A stretch of DNA of 64,000 nucleotides from Comamonadaceae bacterium. Its GTDB lineage: Bacteria; Pseudomonadota; Gammaproteobacteria; Burkholderiales; Burkholderiaceae_C. The stretch spans positions 17,719 to 81,718 of the forward strand of contig CANKRG010000001.1 of NCBI GenBank assembly GCA_947485165.1. Reading direction: 5' to 3'. The translations under genes were made by a program, and so were the position numbers. Positions 41,258 to 52,440 of this stretch are shown here, piece by piece (within the stretch, counting starts at the first letter, position 1; the number at the start of each line of letters is the position of its first letter). The notes beneath the pieces were generated by a model. That model did not search any database. It was not told where the DNA came from and saw only the letters and a program-made list of their open reading frames with translations.

Positions 41258-42289
41258 ATGAAACTTTGGTCAACAATATTAGCTTGTGCGCTTGCTTTTT
41301 CGGTCTTGAATGCCGAGGCGGCTAAACGCATGGGTAGCGGTGGTTCAATGGGTAAACAATCCAGCAATGTGACGCAAAAGAGCGCAACGCCAGCTGCGCC
41401 TGCACAAAACGCAAACAGTGCTGCTGCCAAACCTGCTGCAGCTGCGCCGGCAGCGGCTCCTGCTGTGGCACCTAAAAAGCCTTGGGGCGCGATGCTCGGT
41501 GGCTTGGCCGCTGGCCTGGGCTTGGCTTGGCTGGCAAATTCGCTGGGCTTAGGTGGCATGCTGGGTGGCATTATGCAAGCCGTCATGTTTGGTTTATTGG
41601 CTTTTGGTGTGATTGCTCTGGTTATGTACTTTATCCGTTCACGTGGCAAAAAGTCCGACGGCAACACCTTTAACTCTGGTAGCCCCTATGCGATGCAGGG
41701 TGCTGGCAGTGCATCACCTACAGATGCCATTGCACCACGCTCGTACAGCCCGCAAAACGTTGGCAACGACGCTTCTGCTCGCCCATGGGAAGGCAATGCC
41801 ACAGCGTTTGACAGCGCAAATGCTGGCCAAGCTGGTAAATCCATGATCGGCTCTGGCCTGCAAACGGCTGACAGCACAGCTGGTTTGTCTGGCTCGCAAT
41901 CTTGGGGTGTACCTGTTGATTTCGACACAGCCGGCTTTTTGACAGCTGCCAAGCGCAACTTCGTTACCCTGCAAGACGCTTGGGACAAGTCTGATATCGC
42001 CGCCTTAAAGGCGATGATGACGGACGAAATGGCTGCCGAAATCAAAGCCCAATTGGCAGAGCGCGGCGTGCAAGCTGGCGTGGTTAACAAGACCGACGTG
42101 GTGATGTTGGACGCTCAGTTGCTCGGTATTGAAGAAATGGCGACTGAATACATGGCCAGCGTGGAGTTTTCAGGCATGATTCGTGAAGATGCATCAGCCG
42201 GTCCAGCGCCATTCCGTGAGGTGTGGAACATGACCAAGTCCAAAAATGGCGGCGGCTGGTTGGTCGCAGGTGTGCAAGCACTGCAGTAA
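41258..42289 (+). CDS. Tim44-like domain membrane protein
   Basis: I place the start at MKLWSTILACALAFSVLNAEA (signal-like, GGAG RBS). An Ala/Pro-rich region, Gly-rich TM segments and a C-terminal Tim44-like domain (FDTAGFLTAAKRNFVTLQDAWDKSD...WLVAGVQAL) follow. Confidence 0.8.
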   Translation: MKLWSTILACALAFSVLNAEAAKRMGSGGSMGKQSSNVTQKSATPAAPAQNANSAAAKPAAAAPAAAPAVAPKKPWGAMLGGLAAGLGLAWLANSLGLGGMLGGIMQAVMFGLLAFGVIALVMYFIRSRGKKSDGNTFNSGSPYAMQGAGSASPTDAIAPRSYSPQNVGNDASARPWEGNATAFDSANAGQAGKSMIGSGLQTADSTAGLSGSQSWGVPVDFDTAGFLTAAKRNFVTLQDAWDKSDIAALKAMMTDEMAAEIKAQLAERGVQAGVVNKTDVVMLDAQLLGIEEMATEYMASVEFSGMIREDASAGPAPFREVWNMTKSKNGGGWLVAGVQALQ

Positions 42290-42376
42290 GCGGCCAAGTT
42301 AATTAAGACCTTGCTGGGGGAAATTAAAAAACCTTGAGATTTTAAATCTGGCAAAAGTCGTGAATAATTGGGGACT

Positions 42377-42949
42377 ATGGCAACATCGTCCCCTTTTTCT
42401 TTGCTGAATGACTTGGTAGATCAGCTCACCAAGCTGCAACCACCCGAATGGGCTGTTGACGAGGTGCAGCATCGCCTTGTTTTGTTGCTCAATCATGTGT
42501 TGATGCAGGAACCCGAAGCGACTGCACGTTTGGCACGACTCAAAGGCAGAGTCATCCACCTGAAATGGCGAACGCTGTCGATGACGCTAGCGGCCACACC
42601 AGCAGGCTTGCTGGAGCGAGTGGCTGACCACCAAGCCGCTGATCTGAGCTTGCTGGTCGCTGATGATTCACCTTTGTCTTTGCTTCAAACTGTACTGGCA
42701 GGTGGCAAACCCAGCATCAACATTGAAGGCGACGTACAGCTTGCCGCTGAAGTGAACTGGCTGGCAGACCATGTGCGCTGGGACGTCGAAGAAGACTTGT
42801 CGCGTATCTTAGGCGATGCACCTGCTCACGCTTTGACCAGTGTGGTCAAGCAACTGGTGCTAGGTTTGGAATCATTCTTAGTCACCAAAGTAGCTGACAC
42901 GGATACCGCAAGGGCCGCAACAAAGGCCGCAACTAAGGCCAAACCATGA
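42377..42949 (+). CDS. ubiJ: SCP2-domain ubiquinone biosynthesis accessory factor UbiJ-like
   Basis: ~190-aa ORF immediately upstream of ubiB and translationally coupled to it (ATGA). The call rests on position and size; sequence recognition is weak. Confidence 0.65.
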   Translation: MATSSPFSLLNDLVDQLTKLQPPEWAVDEVQHRLVLLLNHVLMQEPEATARLARLKGRVIHLKWRTLSMTLAATPAGLLERVADHQAADLSLLVADDSPLSLLQTVLAGGKPSINIEGDVQLAAEVNWLADHVRWDVEEDLSRILGDAPAHALTSVVKQLVLGLESFLVTKVADTDTARAATKAATKAKP

Positions 42950-44538
42950 GGCGGCTCTTTCGGGGCATATTCATTGTCTGGATTGCGCTGCGCTTTGGTT
43001 TAGACCAACTGGTGTTGACGAGTTTTCAAAAACCGTGGCTCACCGTGATTGCCCGCATCGTCTCGGTGGGGCGTAACCTGAAAGCACCACGCGGGCAGCG
43101 CTTGCGGGAAGCGTTGGAGAGTTTGGGGCCGATTTTCGTTAAATTCGGCCAGGTGTTATCAACACGGCGCGATTTGCTGCCACTGGATATCGCCGACGAA
43201 CTGGCGCGTTTGCAAGATCGCGTGCCACCGTTTGATTCGCGCATTGCTGTTGAAAGTATCGAGCGCGCTTTTAAAAAACCACTCGCAGAGATTTTCACCT
43301 CGTTTGACCATAAACCCATAGCCAGTGCCTCGGTGGCGCAGGTGCATTTTGCGACAATCACAGACAAACAAGGCAGGAGCCGAGATGTCGCCGTCAAAGT
43401 GCTGCGTCCCAATATGTTGCCGGTGATTGATAAAGACCTGAGCCTGATGCACATGATGGCTGGCTGGCTGGAAAAGCTCAGTGCTGACGGCAAACGCTTG
43501 AAGCCGCGAGAGGTGGTCAGTGAGTTTGACAAACATTTGCACGACGAGCTGGATTTAATCCGCGAAGCGTCTAGCGCTGCACAACTCAAGCGCAACATGT
43601 CGCTGCACAAAACTGAAAAAGACTTGGTCATGATTCCCGACATGTATTGGGACTATTGCCACCCCGAGGTGATGGTGATGCAGCGCATGAAAGGCGTACC
43701 CATCAACCAAACGCAGGTGCTTCATGATGCAGGGGTTGATTTTAAAAAACTCGCCCGCGACGGTGTAACAATCTTCTTCACACAGGTCTTCAGAGACGGC
43801 TTTTTCCATGCCGATATGCACCCTGGCAACATCCAGGTCAGCCTTGAGCCTGAGACGTTTGGGCGCTATATTTTGCTCGATTTTGGCATTATTGGCAGTT
43901 TGACGGCGGTCGATAAAGAGTATTTAGCGCAAAATTTCACGGCTTTTTTTAGGCGCGACTACAAGCGGGTGGCCGAGTTGCACATTGAGTCTGGCTGGGT
44001 GCCCAAAGCTACTCGGGTGGATGAGCTGGAATCTGCTATTCGTGCCGTTTGCGAACCTTACTTTGACCGACCATTGAAAGAAATCTCACTCGGGCTGGTG
44101 TTGATGCGACTCTTCCAAACCTCACGCCGTTTTCACGTGGAAATTCAGCCGCAGTTGGTTTTGTTACAAAAAACCCTGCTAAATATCGAAGGCTTGGGTC
44201 GAGATTTGGACCCTGATTTGGATTTATGGAATACCGCCAAACCGTTTTTAGAGAAATGGATGCTGGAGCAAATTGGCCCGCAAAAGTTGCTTGAAGAATT
44301 GAAAAATCAAGCACCGCAATATGCCAAGTTATTGCCTGAGCTGCCGGCATTGTTGGCAAACTATCTGAAGCACAAATCTGCTGATACGTATCAAGAGGCG
44401 CAGATTCTCAAAGGCTTATTGCGTGAGCAGCAGCGAACGAACAAGCTATTACAACGTTTGATGTACGCTGGTTTTGGTTTCATTGTGGGTTTGATCGTCA
44501 TGCAATTGGTGTCTCGCATGCATATGTTTGTTTTTTAG
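42946..44538 (+). CDS. ubiB: Ubiquinone biosynthesis regulatory kinase-like protein UbiB
   Basis: 530-aa [23 protein letters not shown], the ABC1/ADCK kinase-like motifs ([15 protein letters not shown]) and C-terminal TM segments are present. Confidence 0.93.
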   Translation: MRRLFRGIFIVWIALRFGLDQLVLTSFQKPWLTVIARIVSVGRNLKAPRGQRLREALESLGPIFVKFGQVLSTRRDLLPLDIADELARLQDRVPPFDSRIAVESIERAFKKPLAEIFTSFDHKPIASASVAQVHFATITDKQGRSRDVAVKVLRPNMLPVIDKDLSLMHMMAGWLEKLSADGKRLKPREVVSEFDKHLHDELDLIREASSAAQLKRNMSLHKTEKDLVMIPDMYWDYCHPEVMVMQRMKGVPINQTQVLHDAGVDFKKLARDGVTIFFTQVFRDGFFHADMHPGNIQVSLEPETFGRYILLDFGIIGSLTAVDKEYLAQNFTAFFRRDYKRVAELHIESGWVPKATRVDELESAIRAVCEPYFDRPLKEISLGLVLMRLFQTSRRFHVEIQPQLVLLQKTLLNIEGLGRDLDPDLDLWNTAKPFLEKWMLEQIGPQKLLEELKNQAPQYAKLLPELPALLANYLKHKSADTYQEAQILKGLLREQQRTNKLLQRLMYAGFGFIVGLIVMQLVSRMHMFVF

Positions 44539-44640
44539 CCTTTGAAGCGCCGCAGTGTAAGCCACTTATAATAGAAGGTTGCGCAAAAGCGGCGGTTTCA
44601 GTGCTTTTGTGCCTTTATGACGCTTTAACCCCCTCTTTTT

Positions 44641-45012
44641 ATGCCTATTTATGCTTACAAATGCGACGCTTGCGGGCATGCCAAAGACGTTTTGCAAAAA
44701 ATGTCAGACCCGCAGCTCACCGATTGCCCCTCTTGTGGGCAAGCAACTTTTAAGAAGCAGCTCACTGCGGCTGGTTTTCAGCTGAAGGGTACGGGTTGGT
44801 ATGTGACTGATTTCCGCGAAGGCGGCGGGAAAAACAACGCGCCTGCGGTTGATGCCAAGTCTGGAGATTCGCCAGCACCGTCAACAGACAGCGTCGCTAG
44901 CGCTTCAGAGAGTAAATCTGCTGATGCAGCCAGCCCTGCTACACCCGCTCCAGCGCCAGCAGCTGTTGCACCAACTTCCACGCCTGCTGCATCGCCAGCT
45001 TCTAGCGTTTAA
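44641..45012 (+). CDS. FmdB-family zinc-ribbon protein with an Ala/Pro/Ser-rich tail
   Basis: 123-aa ORF starting MPIYAYKCDACGH...CPSCG (CxxC..CxxC), followed by GTGWYVTDFR. Confidence 0.8.
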   Translation: MPIYAYKCDACGHAKDVLQKMSDPQLTDCPSCGQATFKKQLTAAGFQLKGTGWYVTDFREGGGKNNAPAVDAKSGDSPAPSTDSVASASESKSADAASPATPAPAPAAVAPTSTPAASPASSV

Positions 45013-45035
45013 CCTTCAATACCCCAAGGATGTTC

Positions 45036-45656
45036 ATGGCTAAGTTGCGTAAATGGTTGTTTGCTGGTTTGCTGGTCATCGTGCCGTTTGCCATCACGAT
45101 TTGGCTGTTGGAGTGGATGCTCAGCACTTTGGACAAAACGCTGCTGATTTTGCCTGTCGCTTGGCATCCAGATAAGCTAATCGGTTTTCATATTCCAGGC
45201 TTTGGCCTTTTGCTAGCTCTGGCCATTTTGCTTTTGGTGGGGGCGGCCGCTAGTAATTTCTTAGGTCGTCAGCTGATGATTTGGGGTCATGTAATTTTGA
45301 ATCGGATTCCTGTTGTTCGTTCGATCTATTCCAGCGTCAAGCAGGTGTCGGATACTTTGTTTGCTGACGGTGGAAGCGCATTCCGTACCGCTGTATTGGT
45401 GCAATGGCCGCGTGCAGACGTTTGGACAATTGCTTTTGTGACTGGCACGCCGGGTGGTGATGTTGCAAATCACCTCAAAGGTGATTACCTCAGCGTTTAT
45501 GTGCCCACCACACCGAATCCAACAGGTGGTTACTTTGTGATGTTGAAAAAATCAGATTGTATTGAACTCAATATGAGTGTGGACGAAGCGTTGAAATACA
45601 TCGTATCAATGGGGGTGGTTTCTCCAACAATGCTAGCACCACTGCTACCTAAATAA
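45036..45656 (+). CDS. DUF502 family membrane protein
   Basis: The ORF starts at the second ATG (AAGGA 5 nt upstream). It has two N-terminal TM helices and the conserved region PVVRSIYSSVKQVSDT..VLVQWPR. Confidence 0.8.
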   Translation: MAKLRKWLFAGLLVIVPFAITIWLLEWMLSTLDKTLLILPVAWHPDKLIGFHIPGFGLLLALAILLLVGAAASNFLGRQLMIWGHVILNRIPVVRSIYSSVKQVSDTLFADGGSAFRTAVLVQWPRADVWTIAFVTGTPGGDVANHLKGDYLSVYVPTTPNPTGGYFVMLKKSDCIELNMSVDEALKYIVSMGVVSPTMLAPLLPK

Positions 45657-45701
45657 TTAAAATTATTAACGAACTTATTAACGAATAGAGTAGAGAAAAT
45701 T

Positions 45702-47519
45702 ATGGCAATGCGTACCCAATATTGTGGCTTGGTGACTGAGGCTTTGCTCGGCGAAACAGTGAGTTTGTGTGGATGGGTGAACCGTCGACGTGACCATGGC
45801 GGTGTCATTTTTATCGATCTGCGTGATCGTGAAGGCTATGTGCAAGTGGTGTGCGACCCTGATCGTGCCGAGATGTTCAAGCTCGCTGAAGGCGTGCGTA
45901 ACGAGTTTTGTATTCAAATCAAGGGTTTGGTGCGTGCACGACCTACAGGCACGGTGAATGAGGGTTTGAAGAGCGGGAAAATTGAAGTGCTTTGCCATGA
46001 ATTGAATGTTTTGAATGCTTCTGTGACACCGCCTTTCCAGTTGGATGATGACAACTTGTCTGAGACAACACGTTTGACGCACCGCGTGCTGGATTTACGC
46101 CGTCCGTATATGCAAAACAACCTGATGTTGCGCTACAAAGTGTCCATGGAAGTGCGCAAGTTCTTAGATGCAAATGGCTTTATCGACATCGAAACACCGA
46201 TGCTGACAAAGAGTACGCCAGAAGGCGCGCGTGATTATTTGGTGCCAAGCCGTGTGCATGACGGGCACTTTTTTGCGCTGCCACAATCACCGCAGCTGTT
46301 CAAACAATTGTTGATGGTGGCTGGTTACGACCGCTATTACCAAATCGTGAAATGTTTTCGTGATGAAGATTTGCGTGCGGATCGTCAGCCAGAATTTACA
46401 CAGATCGATATTGAAACGTCGTTCTTGGATGAGCAAGAAATTCGTGACATGTTCCAGGGCATGATCACTACCGTATTCAAAAACACCATGAATGTGGATT
46501 TGGGCGAATTCCCCGTGATGACCTACCAAGACGCTATGCATGTGTATGGCTCTGACAAGCCCGATTTGCGCGTGAGCCTTAAATTTACCGAAGTGACGGA
46601 CGTGATGGCCGATGTAGACTTCAAAGTCTTCTCAGGCGCAGCAACCATGAAAGGCGGTCGCGTGGTCGCTTTGCGCGTGCCGGGTGGCGCACGTGAGGTC
46701 GGTGGTTTGAGCCGAGGCGAGATTGATGGCTATACCGAGTTTGTCAAAATCTACGGCGCTAAAGGCTTGGCGTACATCAAGGTCAATGAGTTGGCCAAGG
46801 GCCGCGACGGTTTGCAAAGCCCGATTGTAAAAAACATTCACGACAAAGCCATTGCGGAAGTACTGTCTCGTACGGGCGCGCAAGATGGTGACTTGATCTT
46901 CTTTGGCGCAGACAAAGAGAAGGTTGTGAACGACGCGATTGGTGCATTGCGGATCAAAATCGGTCATAGCGAGTTTGGTAAAAAGAACGGCTTGTTTGAA
47001 AAATCTTGGCGTCCGATGTGGGTGGTTGACTTCCCGATGTTTGAATACGACGAAGAAGCACAACGCTACACGGCAACACACCATCCGTTCACTGCACCAA
47101 AAGACGGCCACGAAGATTGGATGGTTACTGCCCCTGAGAAATGCATCTCTAAGGGCTATGACATGGTCTTGAATGGCTGGGAAATGGGTGGCGGTTCAGT
47201 GCGTATCCACCGTGCTGATGTGCAGCAAAAAGTTTTTGATGCGCTCAAAATCACACCTGAAGAAGCACAAATCAAATTCGGCTTCTTGTTAGATGCCTTG
47301 CAATATGGTGCGCCACCACACGGTGGTTTGGCATTTGGTTTAGACCGGATTGTGACGCTGATGACAGGCGCTGAATCCATTCGTGATGTGATTGCTTTCC
47401 CGAAAACCCAGCGCGCGCAATGTTTGCTGACGCAAGCGCCATCACTGGTTGACGAAAAACAACTCAAAGAATTGCATATTCGCTTGCGAAATACAGATGT
47501 GGCTAAAACGGCCACATAG
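45702..47519 (+). CDS. aspS: Aspartate--tRNA ligase (bacterial type, with insertion domain)
   Basis: 605-aa ORF starting [43 protein letters not shown], with class II motifs including FQLDDDN..., GGGSVRIH and GLDRIV. Confidence 0.97.
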   Translation: MAMRTQYCGLVTEALLGETVSLCGWVNRRRDHGGVIFIDLRDREGYVQVVCDPDRAEMFKLAEGVRNEFCIQIKGLVRARPTGTVNEGLKSGKIEVLCHELNVLNASVTPPFQLDDDNLSETTRLTHRVLDLRRPYMQNNLMLRYKVSMEVRKFLDANGFIDIETPMLTKSTPEGARDYLVPSRVHDGHFFALPQSPQLFKQLLMVAGYDRYYQIVKCFRDEDLRADRQPEFTQIDIETSFLDEQEIRDMFQGMITTVFKNTMNVDLGEFPVMTYQDAMHVYGSDKPDLRVSLKFTEVTDVMADVDFKVFSGAATMKGGRVVALRVPGGAREVGGLSRGEIDGYTEFVKIYGAKGLAYIKVNELAKGRDGLQSPIVKNIHDKAIAEVLSRTGAQDGDLIFFGADKEKVVNDAIGALRIKIGHSEFGKKNGLFEKSWRPMWVVDFPMFEYDEEAQRYTATHHPFTAPKDGHEDWMVTAPEKCISKGYDMVLNGWEMGGGSVRIHRADVQQKVFDALKITPEEAQIKFGFLLDALQYGAPPHGGLAFGLDRIVTLMTGAESIRDVIAFPKTQRAQCLLTQAPSLVDEKQLKELHIRLRNTDVAKTAT

Positions 47520-47994
47520 GAATTTTGCCGGGAAACACGTTTAACAACAGTGTTGTTATGAGTAAATAGCGAAGAAATTTTCCAATGGCCATGTACATCA
47601 AACACGGCCAAAAGGGGAGCTTCAACCAGCCGGCTACAGCGCACAATGGGTCGCCTACGACGGGTAGCCAGGCCAAAAGGCAAGCTTTGGGCCCTAGGCG
47701 TTCAAGCCATTCCAACGCTTTGGCGTGGCTGTTCGATCCTTTGTACTTGTCCATAGCACGGTGGGCGCCGTAACCCATCCACCAATCAATCGCTCCGCCT
47801 ATGGTGTTACCAGCGGTGGCGACAAATATGGTGGGCCAAAAAAGCTCTGGATTAAGTTTGATCAACCCAAAGACAACAGGCTCTGAGCCTAACGGTAACA
47901 AGGTCGCGCTGATCAATGCTGCGACAAACACAGTTGATAAGCCAAACTTAGGCAAAGCCAGCATGATTAACAGTTGTTCTAACCAAATTTCCAT
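47503..47994 (-). CDS. YqaA-family (DedA/SNARE-associated-like) inner membrane protein
   Basis: 163-aa polytopic [21 protein letters not shown] and the GN.IG....WW.G pattern are typical of YqaA. The 3' end overlaps the aspS 3' end by 17 bp (convergent). Confidence 0.75.
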   Translation of the reverse strand: MEIWLEQLLIMLALPKFGLSTVFVAALISATLLPLGSEPVVFGLIKLNPELFWPTIFVATAGNTIGGAIDWWMGYGAHRAMDKYKGSNSHAKALEWLERLGPKACLLAWLPVVGDPLCAVAGWLKLPFWPCLMYMAIGKFLRYLLITTLLLNVFPGKIPMWPF

Positions 47995-48072
47995 TTGATG
48001 CCTAGTATAGAGCGGTACAATAGTGCTTCATTTTTAAGCAACTCACCCCCATTTACCTAAGTCCTATATTGC

Positions 48073-49113
48073 ATGAACATTGGTCAATATTCATTGCCAA
48101 ATAATTTGTTCGTCGCGCCCATGGCTGGCGTGACAGACAGGCCATTTCGCATGCTTTGCAAAAAGCTAGGCGCAGGTTATGCCGTGAGTGAGATGGTGAC
48201 GTCTAAACGTGAATTGTGGAGCACACTCAAAACATCACGCAGAGCCAATCACGACGGTGAAAGCGCCCCAATCGCTGTGCAAATCGCCGGGACATCTGCC
48301 GACATGATGGCTGAAGCGGCGTTGTATAACATTGACAACGGCGCACAAATCATTGATATCAACATGGGCTGCCCTGCAAAGAAGGTCTGCAACAAATGGG
48401 CTGGATCAGCTTTGATGCAAGACGAAGGTTTGGCCTTGTCAATCGTGGAGGCGGTCGTGTCTGCATGTTCTCCACATAATGTGCCTGTAACTTTGAAAAT
48501 GCGAACCGGTTGGTGTCAAACGCATAAAAATGCCGTCGTTTTAGCGCGTGCTTTTGAGCAAGCCGGTGTTCAAATGATTGCAGTACATGGTCGCACGCGT
48601 GAGCAGGGTTACAAAGGTGTGGCTGAGTATGAAACGATTGCCGCCGTGAAATCTTTCCTGCATATTCCCGTTGTCGCAAATGGCGATATAACAACACCAG
48701 AAAAAGCGCGTGATGTATTGGCGTTCACAGGTGCTGATGCCATCATGATTGGCCGTGCCGCTCAAGGAAGGCCTTGGATATTCAGAGAAATTACACACTT
48801 CATGAGCACTGGCGAGCACTTGGCTCAGCCGTTGGTTGCTGAGGTGAAGCGACTCTTGTGTGAACATTTGCTAGATCATTACGATTTATACGGTGAATTT
48901 GCAGGTGTGCGTACGGCGCGCAAACACATCGGTTGGTACGTGCGTGCATTGCCAGGTGGGGAAGCGTTTCGTGATCGCATGAATATGCTTGAAACGTGTG
49001 AATCGCAGCACGTTGCTGTCGCGCAGTTTTTTGATGAATTGGCCATTCAGTATGAGCGTTTACCGCAATCATTTGCGCATGCTCAAGACGAAGAAGCAGA
49101 TGTGTTTGTTTAA
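48073..49113 (+). CDS. dusB: tRNA-dihydrouridine synthase B
   Basis: 346-aa ORF: APMAGVTDRPFR...DINMGCPAKKV...TLKMRTGW...HGRTR. It is followed by fis, as in the conserved dusB-fis operon. Confidence 0.93.
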   Translation: MNIGQYSLPNNLFVAPMAGVTDRPFRMLCKKLGAGYAVSEMVTSKRELWSTLKTSRRANHDGESAPIAVQIAGTSADMMAEAALYNIDNGAQIIDINMGCPAKKVCNKWAGSALMQDEGLALSIVEAVVSACSPHNVPVTLKMRTGWCQTHKNAVVLARAFEQAGVQMIAVHGRTREQGYKGVAEYETIAAVKSFLHIPVVANGDITTPEKARDVLAFTGADAIMIGRAAQGRPWIFREITHFMSTGEHLAQPLVAEVKRLLCEHLLDHYDLYGEFAGVRTARKHIGWYVRALPGGEAFRDRMNMLETCESQHVAVAQFFDELAIQYERLPQSFAHAQDEEADVFV

Positions 49114-49160
49114 TTGCAAATAAATTCGAAAAAAATGAGCTGAAAATAGATGGGTAAAAG

Positions 49161-49394
49161 ATGAGTAAAAAACAAATAGACGAATGCGTGCGTGAAAGTT
49201 TGGAGTCTTACTTCAAAGACCTGGGTGGCGAGCAGCCACACGCCATGTACGACATGTTGGTTAAAGCGGTCGAAAAGCCGTTGCTTGAAGTGGTGATGAA
49301 GCAAGCCGACAACAACCAATCCCGAGCTGCAGAGTGGTTGGACCTCAATCGAAATACATTGCGTAAAAAGCTTTTAGAGCACAATTTAATTTAA
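49161..49394 (+). CDS. fis: DNA-binding protein Fis (short betaproteobacterial form)
   Basis: 77-aa ORF with the C-terminal HTH NQSRAAEWLDLNRNTLRKKL, immediately downstream of dusB. Confidence 0.9.
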   Translation: MSKKQIDECVRESLESYFKDLGGEQPHAMYDMLVKAVEKPLLEVVMKQADNNQSRAAEWLDLNRNTLRKKLLEHNLI

Positions 49395-49430
49395 TTTCAA
49401 AATCACCTATCCCCCTAAAAAATACAAACA

Positions 49431-51014
49431 ATGAATGCACTAATTTCAGTTTCAGACAAAACCGGCGTCGTAGATTTCGCCCGTGAATTACACGCCCTGG
49501 GCATCAAGCTTCTGTCTACCGGAGGCACCGCAAAACTCCTGGCCGATCAAGGTTTACCTGTGACTGAAGTCGCTGCACTCACTGGTTTCCCAGAGATGCT
49601 GGATGGCCGCGTCAAAACCTTGCACCCTAAGGTTCATGGTGGTTTGCTGGCACGCCGCGACTTGCCAGAGCATATGGCAGCTTTGGCGGCTCACGGTATT
49701 GACACCATCGACTTGTTAGTTGTTAATCTGTATCCGTTTGAAACGACGGTTGCTAAAGCTGGTTGCACACTAGAAGATGCAATAGAAAACATCGACATTG
49801 GCGGCCCTGCTATGGTGCGTTCGGCTGCTAAAAATTGGAAAGATGTTGGCGTTTTAACTGATTCATCACAATATGTCGTAGTGCTTGCAGAACTCAAAGC
49901 CGGTGGCAAGTTGACGGATGCAACCAAGTTCGCGTTGTCGGTAGCTGCATTCAACCGTATCAGTCAGTACGATGGTGCTATCAGTGATTATCTGTCTCGC
50001 ATTCAAGAAGATGGCAGCCATGCGCTCTTCCCCGCGCAATCGAATGGCCGTTTCATCAAGCTGCAAGATTTGCGCTATGGTGAAAATCCGCACCAGCAAG
50101 CTGCGTTTTACAGAGATTTGTACCCCGCACCTGGCTCACTCGTAACCGCTAAGCAATTACAAGGTAAAGAACTCAGCTACAACAACATTGCAGATGCTGA
50201 TGCAGCTTGGGAGTGTGTCAAAAGCTTTGATGAACCAGCTTGCGTCATCGTCAAGCACGCCAACCCATGCGGCGTCGCTGTGGGCGATGATGCGTTGCAA
50301 GCTTATGAGAAAGCTTTTAAAACAGATCCAACGTCCGCTTTCGGAGGTATTATTGCCTTCAATCGCACAGTAGATGTGCCAGAGGCGCTACAAATATCGA
50401 AGCAATTTGTTGAGGTATTGATGGCTCCTGGCTACACACCAGAAGCCTTGGAGCTTTTCAAAGCCAAGGCCAATGTGCGTGTTTTGCAAATTGATTTGCC
50501 TGAAGATTTCGGCAAGGCTGGTAATTCCGACTGGGACAATGGCCGCAATGCGGTTGATGTCAAGCGCGTCGGTTCTGGCTTGTTGATGCAGACAGCCGAC
50601 AACCATGAATTGACTCTGGCCGACCTCAAAGTGGTTTCGAAAGCGCAACCAACGACACAGCAATTGCAAGATTTGCTGTTTGCTTGGAAAGTGGCTAAAT
50701 ACGTTAAATCCAACGCTATCGTTTTCTGCTCCGGTGGTATGACCATGGGTGTGGGGGCTGGTCAAATGAGCCGTTTAGATTCGGCACGCATTGCTAGCAT
50801 CAAGGCGCAACATGCGAGTTTATCGCTGCAAGGTACCGCGGTGGCCAGCGATGCGTTCTTCCCGTTCCGTGATGGTTTAGACGTGGTTGTGGATGCAGGC
50901 GCGACCAGCGTGATTCAACCCGGTGGCAGCATGCGCGATCCAGAAGTGATTGCAGCGGCTGATGAGCGTGGCATCGTGATGGTGTTTTCAGGCGTGCGTC
51001 ACTTTAGACATTGA
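49431..51014 (+). CDS. purH: Bifunctional AICAR transformylase / IMP cyclohydrolase
   Basis: 527-aa ORF starting [32 protein letters not shown], with ..[11 protein letters not shown].. and the C-terminal ..SGVRHFRH. Confidence 0.97.
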   Translation: MNALISVSDKTGVVDFARELHALGIKLLSTGGTAKLLADQGLPVTEVAALTGFPEMLDGRVKTLHPKVHGGLLARRDLPEHMAALAAHGIDTIDLLVVNLYPFETTVAKAGCTLEDAIENIDIGGPAMVRSAAKNWKDVGVLTDSSQYVVVLAELKAGGKLTDATKFALSVAAFNRISQYDGAISDYLSRIQEDGSHALFPAQSNGRFIKLQDLRYGENPHQQAAFYRDLYPAPGSLVTAKQLQGKELSYNNIADADAAWECVKSFDEPACVIVKHANPCGVAVGDDALQAYEKAFKTDPTSAFGGIIAFNRTVDVPEALQISKQFVEVLMAPGYTPEALELFKAKANVRVLQIDLPEDFGKAGNSDWDNGRNAVDVKRVGSGLLMQTADNHELTLADLKVVSKAQPTTQQLQDLLFAWKVAKYVKSNAIVFCSGGMTMGVGAGQMSRLDSARIASIKAQHASLSLQGTAVASDAFFPFRDGLDVVVDAGATSVIQPGGSMRDPEVIAAADERGIVMVFSGVRHFRH

Positions 51015-51039
51015 TTGCAACCACCGCTGACAATACCTC

Positions 51040-52398
51040 ATGGCTGTACCAGACCCCACTCAAAATCCGCGCGAGTTTTTAACCTATCTGTTCCAAACGG
51101 CTGTTAAGCGAGCGTTACCGCTGCACAATACTGCCGCCTATTTGCCTTTCCCACCTGTAAATGGTGGGCGAACGATTGTGCTGGGCGCAGGTAAAGCGGG
51201 TGCCGCCATGGCGCAAGCGGTGGAGGCGCATTGGCCAGTTGAGGTGCCTTTGTCGGGTTTGGTGGTTACCCGCTATCACCATACCCCAGCCAGACCTGCG
51301 GAGCTTGAGGGAAAACCTTGCCGCATTGAAATTGTGGAAGCCGCACACCCCGTCCCCGATGCGGCGGGTTTGCAAGCTGCGCAGCGTATTTTGGATATGG
51401 CGCAAGGGCTTACAGCTGACGATGTCGTGCTTTGTCTTATTTCCGGTGGCGGTTCAGCCTTGTTATCGCTACCAGTTGAAGGTTTGGATTTTGCAGAGAA
51501 GCAGCGCATCAACCAAGCTTTGCTCAATTCAGGTGCACCTATTTCTGAAATGAATTGTGTGCGTAAGCACCTCTCACGCATCAAAGGTGGTCGTTTGGCT
51601 GCTGCATGTTTCCCTGCCAAGGTCGTGACATTGACCATCAGCGATGTTCCTGGCGACGACCCCAGCATCATCGCCAGTGGTCCCACCGTGCCGGACGACA
51701 CGACTTGTGCGCAGGCGCTGGCAATTTTGAAGCGCTACAACATTGACTTGCCTGCTTCTATCGCTGAGCAATTGACCTCTGGGGCTCTTGAAACGCCTAA
51801 GTCTAACGACCCGATTTTTAAGGGGCATGTCGTCCATATGACGGCTACGCCGCAGCAAAGTTTGGAAGCCGCAGCGGAAGTGGTGCGAAACGAAGGTTTG
51901 CGTGCCTACATTTTGAGTGATGACATGGAGGGTGAGTCGCGTGAGGTCGGCACCGTTCATGCTGCGTTGGCTCGCGCAGCGGCTAAAAGTACGGCAAAAA
52001 ATGGTGATTCAGTTCAGACGCAAACCTTTGTTCGGCCTTGCGTCATTCTGTCTGGCGGTGAAACCACGGTAACGGTTCGTCCACGCTTGTCTGGCGCTGC
52101 CAAAGGGCGCGGTGGACGAGCAGGCGAGTTTTGTCTCGGTCTGGCGCAGTCTTTGCAAGGTTTAGGCCAAGTCTATGCTTTGGCTGCAGATACAGACGGC
52201 ATAGATGGCGTTCAAGACAATGCCGGCGCTTATATTGATCCTACAACGCTGAGGCGGGCCGAAGCGCTAGGTATGAAAATTCACGACTACCTTGACCGCA
52301 ACGACGCCTACGGCTACTTTGAGCCGTTGGGTGATTTGGTCATCACCGGCCCCACCTTCACCAATGTGAACGATTTTCGGGCGATTTTGGTGCTGTAG
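51040..52398 (+). CDS. Glycerate 2-kinase / hydroxypyruvate reductase-like protein (DUF4147 + MOFRL domains)
   Basis: 452-aa ORF with the patterns GAGKAGAAMAQA, LISGGGSALL, ISDVPGDDPSIIASGPT and TNVNDFRAILV at the C-terminus, typical of the TtuD/MOFRL family. Confidence 0.85.
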   Translation: MAVPDPTQNPREFLTYLFQTAVKRALPLHNTAAYLPFPPVNGGRTIVLGAGKAGAAMAQAVEAHWPVEVPLSGLVVTRYHHTPARPAELEGKPCRIEIVEAAHPVPDAAGLQAAQRILDMAQGLTADDVVLCLISGGGSALLSLPVEGLDFAEKQRINQALLNSGAPISEMNCVRKHLSRIKGGRLAAACFPAKVVTLTISDVPGDDPSIIASGPTVPDDTTCAQALAILKRYNIDLPASIAEQLTSGALETPKSNDPIFKGHVVHMTATPQQSLEAAAEVVRNEGLRAYILSDDMEGESREVGTVHAALARAAAKSTAKNGDSVQTQTFVRPCVILSGGETTVTVRPRLSGAAKGRGGRAGEFCLGLAQSLQGLGQVYALAADTDGIDGVQDNAGAYIDPTTLRRAEALGMKIHDYLDRNDAYGYFEPLGDLVITGPTFTNVNDFRAILVL

Positions 52399-52440
52399 CC
52401 AAGCTAGGTCATAATTTCGCAAAATCAATTAAAAACGCGG

